A stretch of 64,000 nucleotides of DNA from Antechinus flavipes (Eukaryota): contig NC_067400.1 in NCBI RefSeq assembly GCF_016432865.1, positions 504,928,001-504,992,000 of the forward strand. The letters are read 5' to 3'. Below the pieces are notes generated by a model. That model worked only from the letters and a program-made list of their open reading frames with translations, had not been told where the DNA came from and ran no database searches. The translations under genes and the position numbers were made by a program. Of this stretch, positions 51,620-64,000 are shown piece after piece. Within the stretch, counting starts at the first letter, position 1, and each line of letters opens with the position of its first letter.

Positions 51620-51905
51620 GCACAGGCTTTTCTCTCCCTTTCCTCTAAATTTTCTGTTTAATGCATTTTTGATTAGATCAGTACATGCCAAGAAAACTTT
51701 TTTTACTCTTCACTAGATATAAACTATCTCTGATCACAAACCTGTGAATCCTGTGTCTTAAACCTTGGTCCAGAAACTCAAATCCCATTTGTTGATACCA
51801 TCTTCTTAATCGGCTGTTCACTTCCTCCATCCACTTATCCCTTCTGAATTTCTGACACTTCAATATGCCACAAAGATGAAAACACTGTTGTTTTAGTGTC
51901 TTGAC
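51620..51905 (-). mobile_element. CR1/L3 LINE ORF1 (SGNH-esterase domain) relic
   Basis: Minus ORF 51678-51863 EEVNSRLRRWYQQMGFEFLDQGL…RDSLYL matches the CR1 ORF1 pattern VNxWLRRWCxxxGFxFLDHG…RDGxHL. An upstream shifted frame gives TVFSSL (consensus VVFSSL). Confidence 0.75.
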
Positions 51906-54900
51906 CAGGTCTTCACAACCCCGTAGAGATGTTTTCTTCTGGCAATATTATTCTTCACATACAAATAACAAGAAGAGTATATTGGTCATCAGGTTTGACA
52001 ATTCTCAAGAGCCTCTCTGTTATGTTCCTGATTTTACATGTCGGGAGGAAAATGGAAAAAAAAAAAAAGTATTCAATTGAGAACTGACTTTAGGTGAATT
52101 ACAGGAGTTAGTCTGCTTCTTGTGACACCCAAATGATCAATAAATACAATGGCTGAAAATTAGCTGGGAAAAAAGTAAAATAATGAACTATATTGATTTA
52201 CACAATAAGCTCACAAATTTGTATATTTCTAGCAATTTTTAAAATATGAAATATGTTCTTTTACTGTAACCATTTGTTTTACATGATTTAGTATTGAGTT
52301 CATAAAATTTTGATAGTTAATCTTTAATTCTTCATTGCAAAACTACATAATTATTATTATAGTGGCTATGAAATGGACCTTTCATGAATAGTTCATTTTC
52401 CTAAGTCTAGCATTAAATATATGCCATAGTTTTAAATGGATTTTACATCAGATGAGCTCCCAGATCTTTGAAGCATGTTCATCTCCATCTCTTGTATAAA
52501 TTGCTTAATTTTTATTGATGCAAGGCCATGTTACAGTATTCCATTTCCATTGGAGAATTTCTATAACTCTGGAATAATTCTGTCATTCAGTAAATTAATA
52601 TATTTATGAGAGTCCATTTTCTCAATGCAGACAAAACTTCTAAATCCAGTATAAGTAAAATAAAAATCCCCAAACATTTTGGGGATTTGATGAAAATATG
52701 CAGATGTTACAAGTTTACTCAGAATTTTTGATAATGCTTTTGTTATATCATGGAATTGAAAAATGAGTTACATTGGTAAAATTTATTTTTCTCCAAGTTT
52801 CAATACATCAGGCTTTATATTGTTTTTGCCCACATCAAGCATTTATTTTCTCTGCACATTCTCATTCTCCCTTTGTCCCTGTGGCCTGGCAAACCAAGCT
52901 GTCACACAGAGCAAAGAAGTTGCCTTGTATGTTATAAGCTCTCAGCATCAGAACTTCCTCCCTGAGACCTGCACTCCTGATTAGTGATTGCTTCCTTCCT
53001 CTGAATCCCTATTTCAGGAAAACTTCACCCACATTGTATTCTCTAGGAATTTCAACCACATCATCCACTTTGCTATCACATCCATGAATGCATGCACGTG
53101 TGTGTGTGTTTATACCTCTTTCTTCCTCCTTCTCTTTCAGTTTCAGAACCATGGACCATGATCAAGTGAACTCTGCCATTTTTCTTCTATGGGATATGCC
53201 AAATAGTTCTTTTTAATCCCATTCAATATGCCTGTAACTATGTATGTGTGCATGTATGTATTTAAATTATATCTCTAGCTATCTATCTCTATCTGCATAT
53301 ATAACGAAAGACATTTGTTTTTAGATATGTATTTATAAAGCATCTTAGTATGAGCCAAGAACTTTAATAAGGGTGAAGAAAAAAATACAACCCAGCATTA
53401 CAGTCCCTACTTTCAAATTAGTGAAATTTCAATTCAAATAAAGGGATACTAGAAGAAAAAGAGAATATATTTAGGGGCAAGTAATTAGAGAAATCCAAAG
53501 TGAGTTGAGTAACAAGTGAAATAGATTTTATACTTACATATATAACTATATGTATAAATATGTTGAGTGTTCTGTTTGCATATAAATACATAGATACACA
53601 TATATGCTACACATATGCAAAATAAACATATGTAAGGTGTAAGTTACTTGTCAGATATGTACATTTATTTATGGTAATATGTTTATGCATATGTGCACAT
53701 TGTATAAATATGTTTTGTGTGCATGTGTACACATACATGTGCATACATACATGCACATGTAAGTTACTTGAGTACAAGAATTATCTTTGCTTTTGTATTT
53801 TAATCCCCCAGTGCTTAACAGTTATATTTACTGACTTAATAAATGCTTTTTACTTCACTCACTAATTCTTAGCAACAATCAGTAGCTATCTTTTTTCCCG
53901 CAGTGAGGTTTTTACTATTCTTCTAACTCTAGAAACCTATACGCCTTCCAAAGGCGACTCCCCCAGCTGCCAGGTTCTTGTAAAGATTTCTCCTTCTTTA
54001 TTGAATATTAGTTGGCAGTTTTGTAGCAATAGTTGAATAATTGGCTTTTTAAAATTTTTGGCTATACTTTCCTCTGCTTTCAGTAACTGATCCTGTTTCA
54101 TTATGAATTTGACTTGCATAATCTTTGAAATGCTTGGCTTTTCCAGACCAATAGCTGTAGCAATATCTCTAGCAGTCATTGAAGTATGCTCTTTAAAAGG
54201 TACATTTTAACATGTTTAAAACCATAGCAAAGAAGAGCAATTAAATATGTATATAAAGCATGAAATTCAGTAATCAACTGACAGAGAATTCAATCTAGTT
54301 ACGGGTTATGGTCAAATATTCTAAATCAGTCTACTGTCCCCAAAGCAGCACATATACACAATACAAAATGAAACCATATCAAATCACTGCTTAGGCCACA
54401 CTGTAAATACATCTTTCTTTTTCTTTAATCATCTGTTTTTGCATTGAGTTTGCAAGATTTTGATACATATTCTTTAAGTCACCCTTGTTCAAAGTACAAT
54501 TTTATAACTTGTGAGCAGTCCCCTTTCTGACTCTTCACATAAGATTCCATCCCCTATGACCAGTTTTATATCATGTCCCTTAGCTACTCCCCTGGACAAA
54601 GAGCAGAGGAAAAAAAGAGAGTTTTCTCTATCATAACCTTTCTGACATCTCAAAATCATAATGGTCAAAAGTATCATGAGTGCCTATCCCCAAAATGATT
54701 CATTCATGTATACCCTTGAGCTCTGGAGCATCCCTCCTACTGCTAGATATACTTTTTCCTGTGTGAAGATCATGTAAAGCTTAAAAACTTTACATTCAAA
54801 TAATATAATAAAAATATAAAATAATACATTCAAATAAAAAACTTTACATTCAAATATAATAAAATATAAATCAAATAATATAAAAAGTTCTCATCATGTT

Positions 54901-57900
54901 TTCCATGGAATCAATGTGTTAAGGCAAAACTATGATCCAGAACACAGACATCCTTTTACTGTCCACCACAGTTTTCACATACACTGATTCTCTCAGCCTC
55001 CTGCATGAAGACCAGTTCTTAAAGCCCATTCATTCTGTCTCTGATTAAATTCTAAATGTTTGCACATAATTTTAAAAGAGATTTAAAGATGATAGTGGCT
55101 TTACACCATAGCAAACACCTGGTGAGGGCAGCAGGAGAGACATTTCTTCTCCCCCTCATTCTGATAGCTGTTTTCTTACTATAGTCTTAGATGTGGAGCT
55201 ACAGAGAAACTTGGGTGCTCTATGATACATAGCTTTATTTGTTACTCAATCTGCAACTCACCAAAGACTTAATATTGCTCAAAGTTTAGTTCAATAGTAT
55301 TATTCCTTATAAGAGTCTATGTAACCTAAACAACATCCATATGCAGTCAAAGTTGCCCTCTTCTCTTTTTGGACCTTTGCTGAGATTCTATTTATGAAAA
55401 TAGGCAATTCTTAACAATTATTGCATAATGTTTGCTTACTATCTTTGTTTGATATGTCTCCTTAAAAAGTTTGATCTCAACCCAGCAGAAGAGATCTGAA
55501 ATATCTTGTGGGTCAGCCTGCTGCCTCTACTGAATCCCAGAGAAATTGGTCAAGCTGGAACATCTCTAGTGACAGGATACATTACCATATAAGGCAACCC
55601 ACTCAATCTTCAGACAACTCTAATAACTAGATTTCTTTGTGTTGAGTTCAGATTTGCCTCCTAATTTCCACTGATTTGCCTGTGTGAAAAGGCAACTTCT
55701 TATATTTGATTTTTTTATATTTTCAAGTCTTTACATATTCTGATACTCTGGAAAACAAAATAACAATATAAAAGCTGCCTTGACAGAAGAAATATCACAA
55801 AGCAGTATGCGATTTAAAGACATATAAATGGCATAGACAGAAAATACCATCCGTAATAATAATAAGAAAGAGATCAAAAAAAACTTCAGTGAATTCCACA
55901 AAGATTCCCAAGAAATCAAACATAGAAGGAGAGAGATATCATAGGAGCAAAGCTTTCAAACTAGGAAGGATTTTAGATTATATAATACCCAAATTTCTAA
56001 TTTTACAAATAAGAAAAGTGAGATCTTGGGAGAATGAAAGCCTTCTACATTTGTTGCTTCATTAAGATTAAATTGATCCTGCTTTCTTTTCAGCTTGAGC
56101 ATGTGAGATAGCAGGAATCATTGAGGATGTGTGGCAGTAGTGGTATTTTTTGTTTGTTTTTTAGTTTAGTGGATGTACTGCTTTCTAATTTAAATTGGGA
56201 CTAACATGGCTTCAAACAAATGAAGATGGCCTCCTCCAAGGTGTCACCCAAAACAAGGATAATAAGATTGCCCTAGACAAATTTGCCGACATCATACTTC
56301 AGAAGAGCAGTTTCAAGGAAGAATGAAACAGCAGAAAGAGGGTTGGACCAGGAATTCCAGTCCCAGTCTTACCATAGATTAATAATGTGGCCTCAAGTGA
56401 ATAATTTCTTCCCTCTTGGAATCAAGTTTCTCATCTATAAATTGAGGTAGTTCGGGTAGGTGGTCTCTAAGGTTCCTTCCAGCTAAATCACAATATGATT
56501 TTATAAAAACCCCTGATTCACTGAGTTATCTATAGCAAGACAGATGTTTCTTAACAGTTATTTGCCACTTAAAAATATTCAATTAGGCTACATGAAAATC
56601 GCTATTAAATTATTGGAAGAACAGTATGATCTAAAATACATATGTATGTAATATATATGTGTTTGCATATGTATATATACACATATGTGTTTGTATTTGG
56701 CATGTGTAAAATATGCATACATATATATTTATATAAATCAAAATTACAGTACTGTAGCAAAAAAAAAAAAGCTCACATTCCTTTTTTACATAGAAATTGA
56801 CACAAAAATCTGACTAATGAAAAGTCATCCCTAGTCCTCTGTTTCCTCATCCATATGGGTAGAATAAAGACCTCCAAGGGCCAAATGAGTATATATGATC
56901 CGCAATCTCTTGTGTTGTTAAACTACTACCAACTTAGCCAGATAAACTACTTACTTACAAGAGAGACCAGAAAGAAATATCTCCAGTGATCAGGAGTCAT
57001 TCCAACAGTAGTTAATTCCTATTCATTGTTGGTAGTTGAGCAGTGCTGAAGGAAACAGTTAACCCATTCAAGCCATCTGTGAACTGATAAGATTTAGATC
57101 ACAGGAGTACACAACAATAAACAAGGTGTGTTGATATACCTGGGAAAACATTCCATTTGTCCTTTTTCCTTCCTCTCAGGGCAAAGAGTATGACTGCACA
57201 CAAGTTCTCCACTTTTAAATGCATCTTTGATTTAAACCCCAAAGGAGGTTTTTAAATGACTACCTCTTCATTCTACAGATGTAACTATAACCTAGAAAAG
57301 AGATGTCACAAAAAAGCAACTGAGTTTAGATTTGAATCCAGGTTCGGTGGGTCCAAAATCAACCCCCCTTTCATCATACTATATTGCTTTTCAGTTAAAG
57401 ACTGGAATATTGCCAGTCTTCTGATGGAGCAAGGCAACAATTCCACATCTGTTCAGTTTTCTATGAAACTTTAAACATATGGAGTATAATTTTATACAAT
57501 CTTATTTTAGAATTGCTGTGTGATATGAAATTATTCTTTCTGTTTCAGCTAATTAATATAGTTTACTAGGTATACACATGGATTATTTGTTTGGGGAATT
57601 TTCATCAGAGTAGAAATCAACTAAAATTCCTTGCAGCTAAAATTTTTTGATGGGCATGTCTCTCTCATCCTACCAGCTTTTCGGGGTAACATTTATTGTC
57701 ATTCGATGGAGAAAAACCAATGTTATGGATGGATACAAACTATGTCCTGAACATTCTGGTAATAATCATTGGAGATTTAAGTCCTATCCCAGAGAAGGTC
57801 TTTATTCACATCTGTATATCTAGTAATCTATTCACAGTGTCTACCATGCTAAATCCATGGGAATATAAATCCATAATAAATCCATATGGGAATAGAAGTG

Positions 57901-59497
57901 GACAAGTTGTCAAATGAGACAAGATCAAGGACTGACATCAAAAGGGAAGATATAACCAAGAAAGTTTTTAAAGAGAGTTTAAGGAGTCGAAAAAAGAGAA
58001 AAATGTCAATTAAATTAAGGAAGAGAGTAAATGTAGATTCAGGAAAATTGTGAAATGGGTGACATTTTTGCTGTCTTCTCATCTCCTTCTCTGTTCCAGG
58101 TAGCCCATTTGTGATATTTACTATGGCTCTTTCACTTACTGAAAAAAAAAACGGCTTTATAGATTACATGTATCAAAGCTTTTATAAAGTCCAAAGTCCA
58201 GTAGAAATTCAAAATCTTATTAACACACAGAAACAAATCATAAATGTTAATATTTAAAGAATCATCAATAGATTGGTAGATAAATGGGTCATCTTAGAAC
58301 TACTCAAATCAAACTCTGAATATTGCTATTTATAGTCCCAATATATTAGGTCAATCCTGGATAAACAGAAAAAGGAAGGAGACTAAAAATAATAGACAGA
58401 AAACGTAGTAGAGATATTATTGTTCTGGTACCACTTTCCTGCAAATTCCCCTGGCAAGGAAGAAGATTTGGTGCTGAAACTGAGGACATGGAAAGGTGAC
58501 TTAAGATATTTAAGATATTGAGATAATGCAATCTAGTGAAAAGATTTGGTTTGGAGTAAGGAGAGTCCCTGACTTTGAACCTTGGCTCAACTATTTACTC
58601 TAATCCTGGACAGTCATTTATTATCTCTGAACTTCAACTTAAGTGATTTGCTCAGGGTCACACATCCTATACATAATAGTGGTGAGTCAAATTAAATTAA
58701 ATTAAAACCCATCTACCTCACAGAGTTACTTTATAACAAGTTATTTTTAACTGCTTGTCATAATTTGTTAAATCTTATTTAGATTTGATATTGAAAGTCA
58801 AGATCAAACTTATCTTATAATTTCATAAGCATTTATCATGGATTCACAAAGATATATTGTATGTATGTATATAGGTAAATTTATATAATTACATGATATA
58901 AAGCAAGGCGAACATATACTAAAGACATATGTGTATATACATATGTGTATATGAGATATAGAAATCTTAGCTTACATTACAATACATATGCTGCACAAAT
59001 GTTAAAGAAAAATTTATTAAAACTACAAAGATGAGCTGTAGTAGAACAAGAAAACCACGTATGTATCATTGAAGGAAAGCTAATGTGATCTCTGTTTCTC
59101 TCTGGCTCTCTTTCTCTCTCTCTGGCTCTCTCATCAAATAGTCCTATTTATCATCACCAACTTTCAGCATATATATCTCTGGCAATTTAGTCAATGAAAA
59201 TGGCTTGGGACCGAAGGCCAGGTAACACAAAGATCAGGAATCACTAGCTAAATAGACTGGCAAAACATTTCTGAAGTTGATTCTTTACTAGTTGTCCAGA
59301 TAGTCATAATAATTCCAAGCCCTACACTTCACTTCACCTATTGGTTGACATAATCTATCCTATTTGTTGCATATTATATTAAGGATTGCAATGTCAATCT
59401 GAAACTATCTTATAATTAATTTATGTTTATTTTATATATAAATATATATATAGACATATTGTTTCCCTGGATAGAATATAAATAATGCAAGTTCCTA

Positions 59498-59557
59498 AAC
59501 TCTGTGAAGGCAAATATTGTTTTATTTAACTCTGTGAAGGCAAATATTGTTTTATTT
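59498..59557 (+). repeat. Exact 30-bp tandem duplication
   Basis: aactctgtgaaggcaaatattgttttattt twice (59498-59527, 59528-59557), inside an L2-like 3' relic. Confidence 0.95.
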
Positions 59558-61401
59558 TTACCTTGTATCTGAATTGCTCAGCACTAAACCTGGCACAAAG
59601 AGATTCTTCATGAATACTCACCAAGAAATCAGTAGTAAAGGGAGTGAAAATGCCCGAATTCAATTCTGTCATTTCAAAATTTAAAATTTGAATTTCATAA
59701 ATAGTAAATTAATCAGGATCCATATTCCCTTACCCCTCTTCCTGCATGAGTAAACCCACTCTGCTTGAAATTTTATTCTGGGGGTTGACTTGTTTGGTGA
59801 GTGAGAGGAGTTTGCCGCCCCCTCAACAGCTTAACCAATATGCCCTAAGATCATGCTTTATTCCTATTATTCTAACATCTTAACATTTGGAGACACCTTC
59901 CCTACTACAATCACCTTCACCCTCTAATTTCCACCTAGCGATGCTGATTTGAGAACAATAATTAAATCAATAGTACTGTTGTTTCTGGAAAGAGCAAACA
60001 TATCTCCCTGGTCATCACTCATCCATAGATATTGCATTTACCATTAGATTGTGGAGATGATTGTCCCATTTTTGTCTTTAAATCCCCAGTACCTAGCACA
60101 GGGTCTGGCATTAGGTGCTTATTGAATGTTTTTACTTATTCATTCAATTATTCATAAGCACTGACTGTATTATAAACCCATCATTTCATTTATTTAATGA
60201 GGCTCTGTATAAATGTGAATTATGCTAATTACTTCAAGGATCTGTAATTTTGTTGATATGGGTACTCCTTCCACCAATGCAGATTGCAATTCTTTTATAT
60301 TCTAATCTCTCTTTAATGTGTATAATAAGATTTGTGTATAACATATATCTTCTATTTAAAAAATAAATTTGCCTATAGCTAATCTGGCCCCTTGCCTTTC
60401 AAAACTTAGCTGAGCCAAGTTGTCTTTAGACAACAAGCTTGTAGTCCAGCATTAAGTCCATAGAAGGAGCCTTTTGTGTAGGGTCTGAGTGGGTTTATGT
60501 ATCATGGAATAATCTTCAAGACCTCAGGATCACAGCCTCATTGTCATAAGTCATTGAGTTGAACTTTCATGGAAAAAGGCCTGAGTTGAAGTCCTGTCTT
60601 GGATACTTATTAGTGGTATTACCCTGGGCAAGCCATTTTGTTCTGTGTCTCATTTTCTTCCTCTATAAAACTGGGATAATAATAACACCTACCTCACAGG
60701 ACTTTTTTTTTTTTAAGAAAAAGTACAATAATATTTGTAAAGTGTCTCACAATCCTGCTATGTAAATACCATCTTTTATTGTTATTAAAGTGCTAAAGGT
60801 ATTATTATCAAAGATATATGAAAGGGGAAAGGTCTCAAACACTATAAAAAACAATCAAATATAAAATAACAAATAAATAACTATCAAAAAAGGTTCTTGA
60901 AAGAACATCAATAACTATTGATTTGTGTATCTACTTTCTCAACCTTACAAAGCCTTTATAAGAATGAGCTACATGTGCATCAAGGGAATCTATGGCAGGC
61001 TACATCTTTATGGTTGCATGACTGACGAGGTGAAAATCTGAAATTCCACTGTAGACATTATTTGTTAATGGTAAAAATCCATTTGACTAGGATAAGCAAA
61101 ATACAGTTTTCAAAGCATTTCTCCAGCAAAGTATTTCTTGTGCATGCTTTAAGATCATAAGATCTTTGTTAGGTCAACCATAGAGATGATTTGGTTCTGT
61201 GATCCTCTCGTTATCAATATCAAGTGAAACACAAAGGGGAAATAAATGGTGGAATGTGGAAAGAGTTTTAAACTAAAAAGGTGGGGGGTTAATACCCACC
61301 ATTAGCAAGGGTTATTACTCTTGTTCCTTTCACAGATCCCTTGGGCAGTTTGGTAAAGCTCAGAACCCTTTCTCAGAATGTTTTTTAAAAAATGAAAACC
61401 A

Positions 61402-61609
61402 GGGGCAGCTAGATGGCACAGTGATAGAGCACTGGTCCTGAGGTTAGGAGGACCTGAGTTCAAATCTGGTCTCAGACACTTAATACTTGACCCTCGGCAA
61501 GTCACAACCCCAATTGCCTCAGCAAAAAAAATAAATAAATAAAGAAGAAGAAGAAGAAGAAGAAGAAGAAGAAGAGAAGAAGAAGAAGAAGAAGAAGAAG
61601 AAGAAGAAA
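61402..61609 (+). mobile_element. WSINE1-like SINE with A-tail expanded into a (GAA)n microsatellite
   Basis: ggggcagctagatggcacagtgatagagcactggtcctgagg…gacctgagttcaaatctggtctcagacacttaa…ccccaattgcctcagc, an A/taaa tail, then (gaa)n at about 61544-61609. Confidence 0.9.
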
Positions 61610-61979
61610 GCAAGGGACAAAAAAGAGCTCCTGATGTCAGGAGGGAATTTCTCCATCAAGAATTTGTTAAACACCCAGTCTGCTATCATAGGCACTCTGC
61701 TAAAGAAATCATGAAAGAAGTCTAGCATAGAATATAAGACTGTCCAGATGTTCCTCTAGGTATGCAATCTTGAGCTGATTCTAGCAAACCCTGGAATGAT
61801 GAAGGTTTTCTAAATGAGATCAGACCAACCATCTTCACAGGACAGACAAGTAGATCTATTGTGCAGATGGGTCCATGTAGTTGAATGACTAGCCCATTGA
61901 GTGAATCCATTGGTGATAAACCTTGCAGAGACAATGAAGTTGAACAAGAAACTGGGTTCAGAATTTAGTAATAGGAAAA

Positions 61980-62210
61980 GAGAAGGTAGACATGGAGTCC
62001 AAAGAGCTGAGTTTAAATTCAGCCTCAGATACTTACTAGCTGTGTGATATTTGGCAAGTCACTTAATCTCTGTCTCAGTTTCCTCAACTGTAAAATGGAG
62101 AGTATAATAATGCCTACATCCCAAGATTATTGAGAGAATCAAATGAGATAAGATTTGTAAAAAGTACTTAGCACATAGTAAGTGTATATAAATGATTGCT
62201 AATTATTATT
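61980..62210 (+). mobile_element. MIR SINE
   Basis: gagctgagtttaaattcagcctcagatacttactagctgtgtga…ggcaagtcacttaatctctgtctcagtttcctcaactgtaaaatgg. Confidence 0.85.
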
Positions 62211-62369
62211 TTAATTATATATTAAAAGCCCCAGAAGATGGCCTCCAGTATATTGGGTGAACACCTTATGGAGTATTTATAGGAAGAGATAAATAAGAGT
62301 CTCACAGGATAAGAAGGATAATTTATAATTTGCCTCATTTTAGGAAATCTCCACCCTAACAGATCAATC

Positions 62370-63120
62370 AATCAATAATCCTTTAAAAAGTACTCACTAT
62401 ATATTAGGCACTATTCCAAGGACTAGAGGATACAAAGTCAAAAGTAAAGATTTTTGTCCTCAGGACCTTACACGTTCTACTGGAGGAGACTATATATATA
62501 TGTATGTATAAACAGAATAGATTCAAAAATTTTTCTTTGGAGGGGAGCATAAACAGGTAAGGGGGATCAGGAAGGTCTTCATGTAAAAAGTAACAAGAGT
62601 TGAATCATGATGAAAACTAAGAATTCTATGACGTGGACATGAGAAGAGAGGACATCATAGGCCTTAAGGATAGTTAGGGCAAGGGAAAAGTCAACTAGTT
62701 TATTGAGTTCCTTATTTATTTAGTACCTTATTTGTGTCAGGCATTAGGCTAAGTGAACTATGTGCCAGGTTCTGTCTAAGGAAGAGAGACAGGCAATAGA
62801 ATGTTGTATATAAGGAAAATCAATAAACCTGCTTGATTGGTTGGTAGAATGCCTGAGGGTAATAAAGCGTGATTATCTTGGAAAGATACATTGAGAAGAA
62901 AATGTGAAGAGCTTTAAATGCCAAACGCAGAATTGTATATTTGATCCCAGAGGTCATAGGGAGCCACTGGAGTTTACTGGGAAGAGGAATAACATGTTCA
63001 CACCTGTGCTTGAGAAAACCTACTTTGACAGCTGTGAGCAGGCTAGATTGGATCAGGGAGAGATTGGAAGTGGGGATTCTAATTGAAAGACTATGGCAAT
63101 AGTCCAAGCATGATGATGGT
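62370..63120 (-). mobile_element. L2 LINE 3' relic (with a second L2 piece at about 62700-62780)
   Basis: caatcaatcaataa…aagtactcactatatattaggcact…cctcaggaccttacacgttcta…gggagccactggagttta. Confidence 0.7.
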
Positions 63121-63659
63121 CTAAATGCCTCCATTAAGACACAGTAATTTAAAAGACTTACTCTTGGGTTCAAAAATTCAACTTTACAAGAACAGGATTG
63201 AAGAAGCATGTTTAAATAGCAGTGTAATTGTTGTTGTTTTCCTCTTCCTCCTTCTCCTTTTTTTTCCTCCTCCTCCTTCTTCTCCTCTTTTTCTTTTTCT
63301 TCTTTTGAAAAAAGACAAGGGGTTATAGAGCACAATCACAACAGTTAAAGTCAAATGCAATATGTCAGCCATAAGACCATGGGATGGATGAAAAGACTAG
63401 AACAACAAATGTGGTAGACCCATTTTATATTGCTCTGAGAAGATCATAATATGGTCTGAACTTCTATAAATCATTAATGGCAGACAAATCTGGCAGATAA
63501 AAGGATATAATTTGATCTCTGGTTGTTTCCAAAGGCTAACAATGTCCAGGCCTAGGAAAAGTATACACTGTTCTGGGCTAACCACAATTAAAGCATTGTT
63601 TTCAATTCAATTCAATTTTCTTAAAGCTATGTTTTAGGAAGAAAATTGATGAGTTAAAA

Positions 63660-64000
63660 AATATATAACAGAGGCAACCAAGATGGTGAAGTAGAAGAAT
63701 ATCATGTCATTTGACTGTTAATTAAAGGAATTGGTGATGTTTAACTTGAAGAAGATAGAAATAGAGCTTGGGGTATTTGACTGATATTTTCACAATAAAA
63801 AGTCTTATGATAAATGTTATGTGAAAGAAGGATTGGCCTTGTTCCAGAGGAAAGAACCAAAATTTTTGGTGAAAGTTATGGAAGTAAATTTAGGCTTGAT
63901 ACCAAGAAAAACATCTTAACATTTAGTTATCAAAAGTGCATTTAGTTGAGTTTTCCTATCACTGGAGATATTCAAGTAAAGTCTGGATGACCACTTGCTC
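63660..64000 (+). mobile_element. CR1/L3 LINE RT C-terminus and 3' relic
   Basis: gaggcaaccaagatggtgaa…aaggaattgg…gtttaacttgaagaagat…aaatttaggcttgat…tcactggagatattcaagtaaagtctggatgaccacttg. Confidence 0.75.

Noticed and set aside
53937-54179. Z-alpha (ZBP1/ADAR1-type) domain interpretation
   Set aside because: The recognition-helix N and Y residues and the nearby PPxW wing are absent; only a generic HTH resemblance remains.
61302-63372. Several ORFs with poly-S, poly-L, poly-F or E/K-rich runs (61302, 61519, 62820, 63125, 63184)
   Set aside because: They are translations of (GAA)n and other low-complexity tracts or of L2 relics.
1-64000. CRISPR arrays, operons, rRNA/tRNA genes or other prokaryote-like systems
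   Set aside because: None seen. The sequence is eukaryotic and repeat-rich, and tRNA-like boxes occur only as SINE heads.

Overview
AT-rich, CpG-poor mammalian non-coding DNA. The WSINE1-like SINEs, Mar1/CORE SINEs and L1 3' ends point to an Australian marsupial, probably a dasyurid (inference from repeat families). No intact protein-coding gene can be identified. The one clear gene-derived sequence is a processed, intronless, multiply disabled pseudogene of ATP1B2 (Na+/K+-ATPase beta-2), CDS about 14125-14955 (+), with probable UTR-derived flanks. A young L1 with a 14-bp TSD interrupts its 3' flank, and a solo LTR with a TSD lies just upstream. The rest is layered retroposon debris: three young L1 3' ends with TSDs, an ORF1-only (HAL1-like) L1, nested L1s, L2, CR1/L3 (including an ORF1 esterase relic), MIR/Mar1/WSINE1 SINEs, hAT-like MITE relics and microsatellites. 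A few unexplained items deserve checking: two hairpins, four isolated exon-like segments and a helix-turn-helix-like ORF. I found no convincing evidence of a novel multi-gene system. Repeat family names come from recalled consensus sequences, not a database search, and boundaries without TSDs are approximate.
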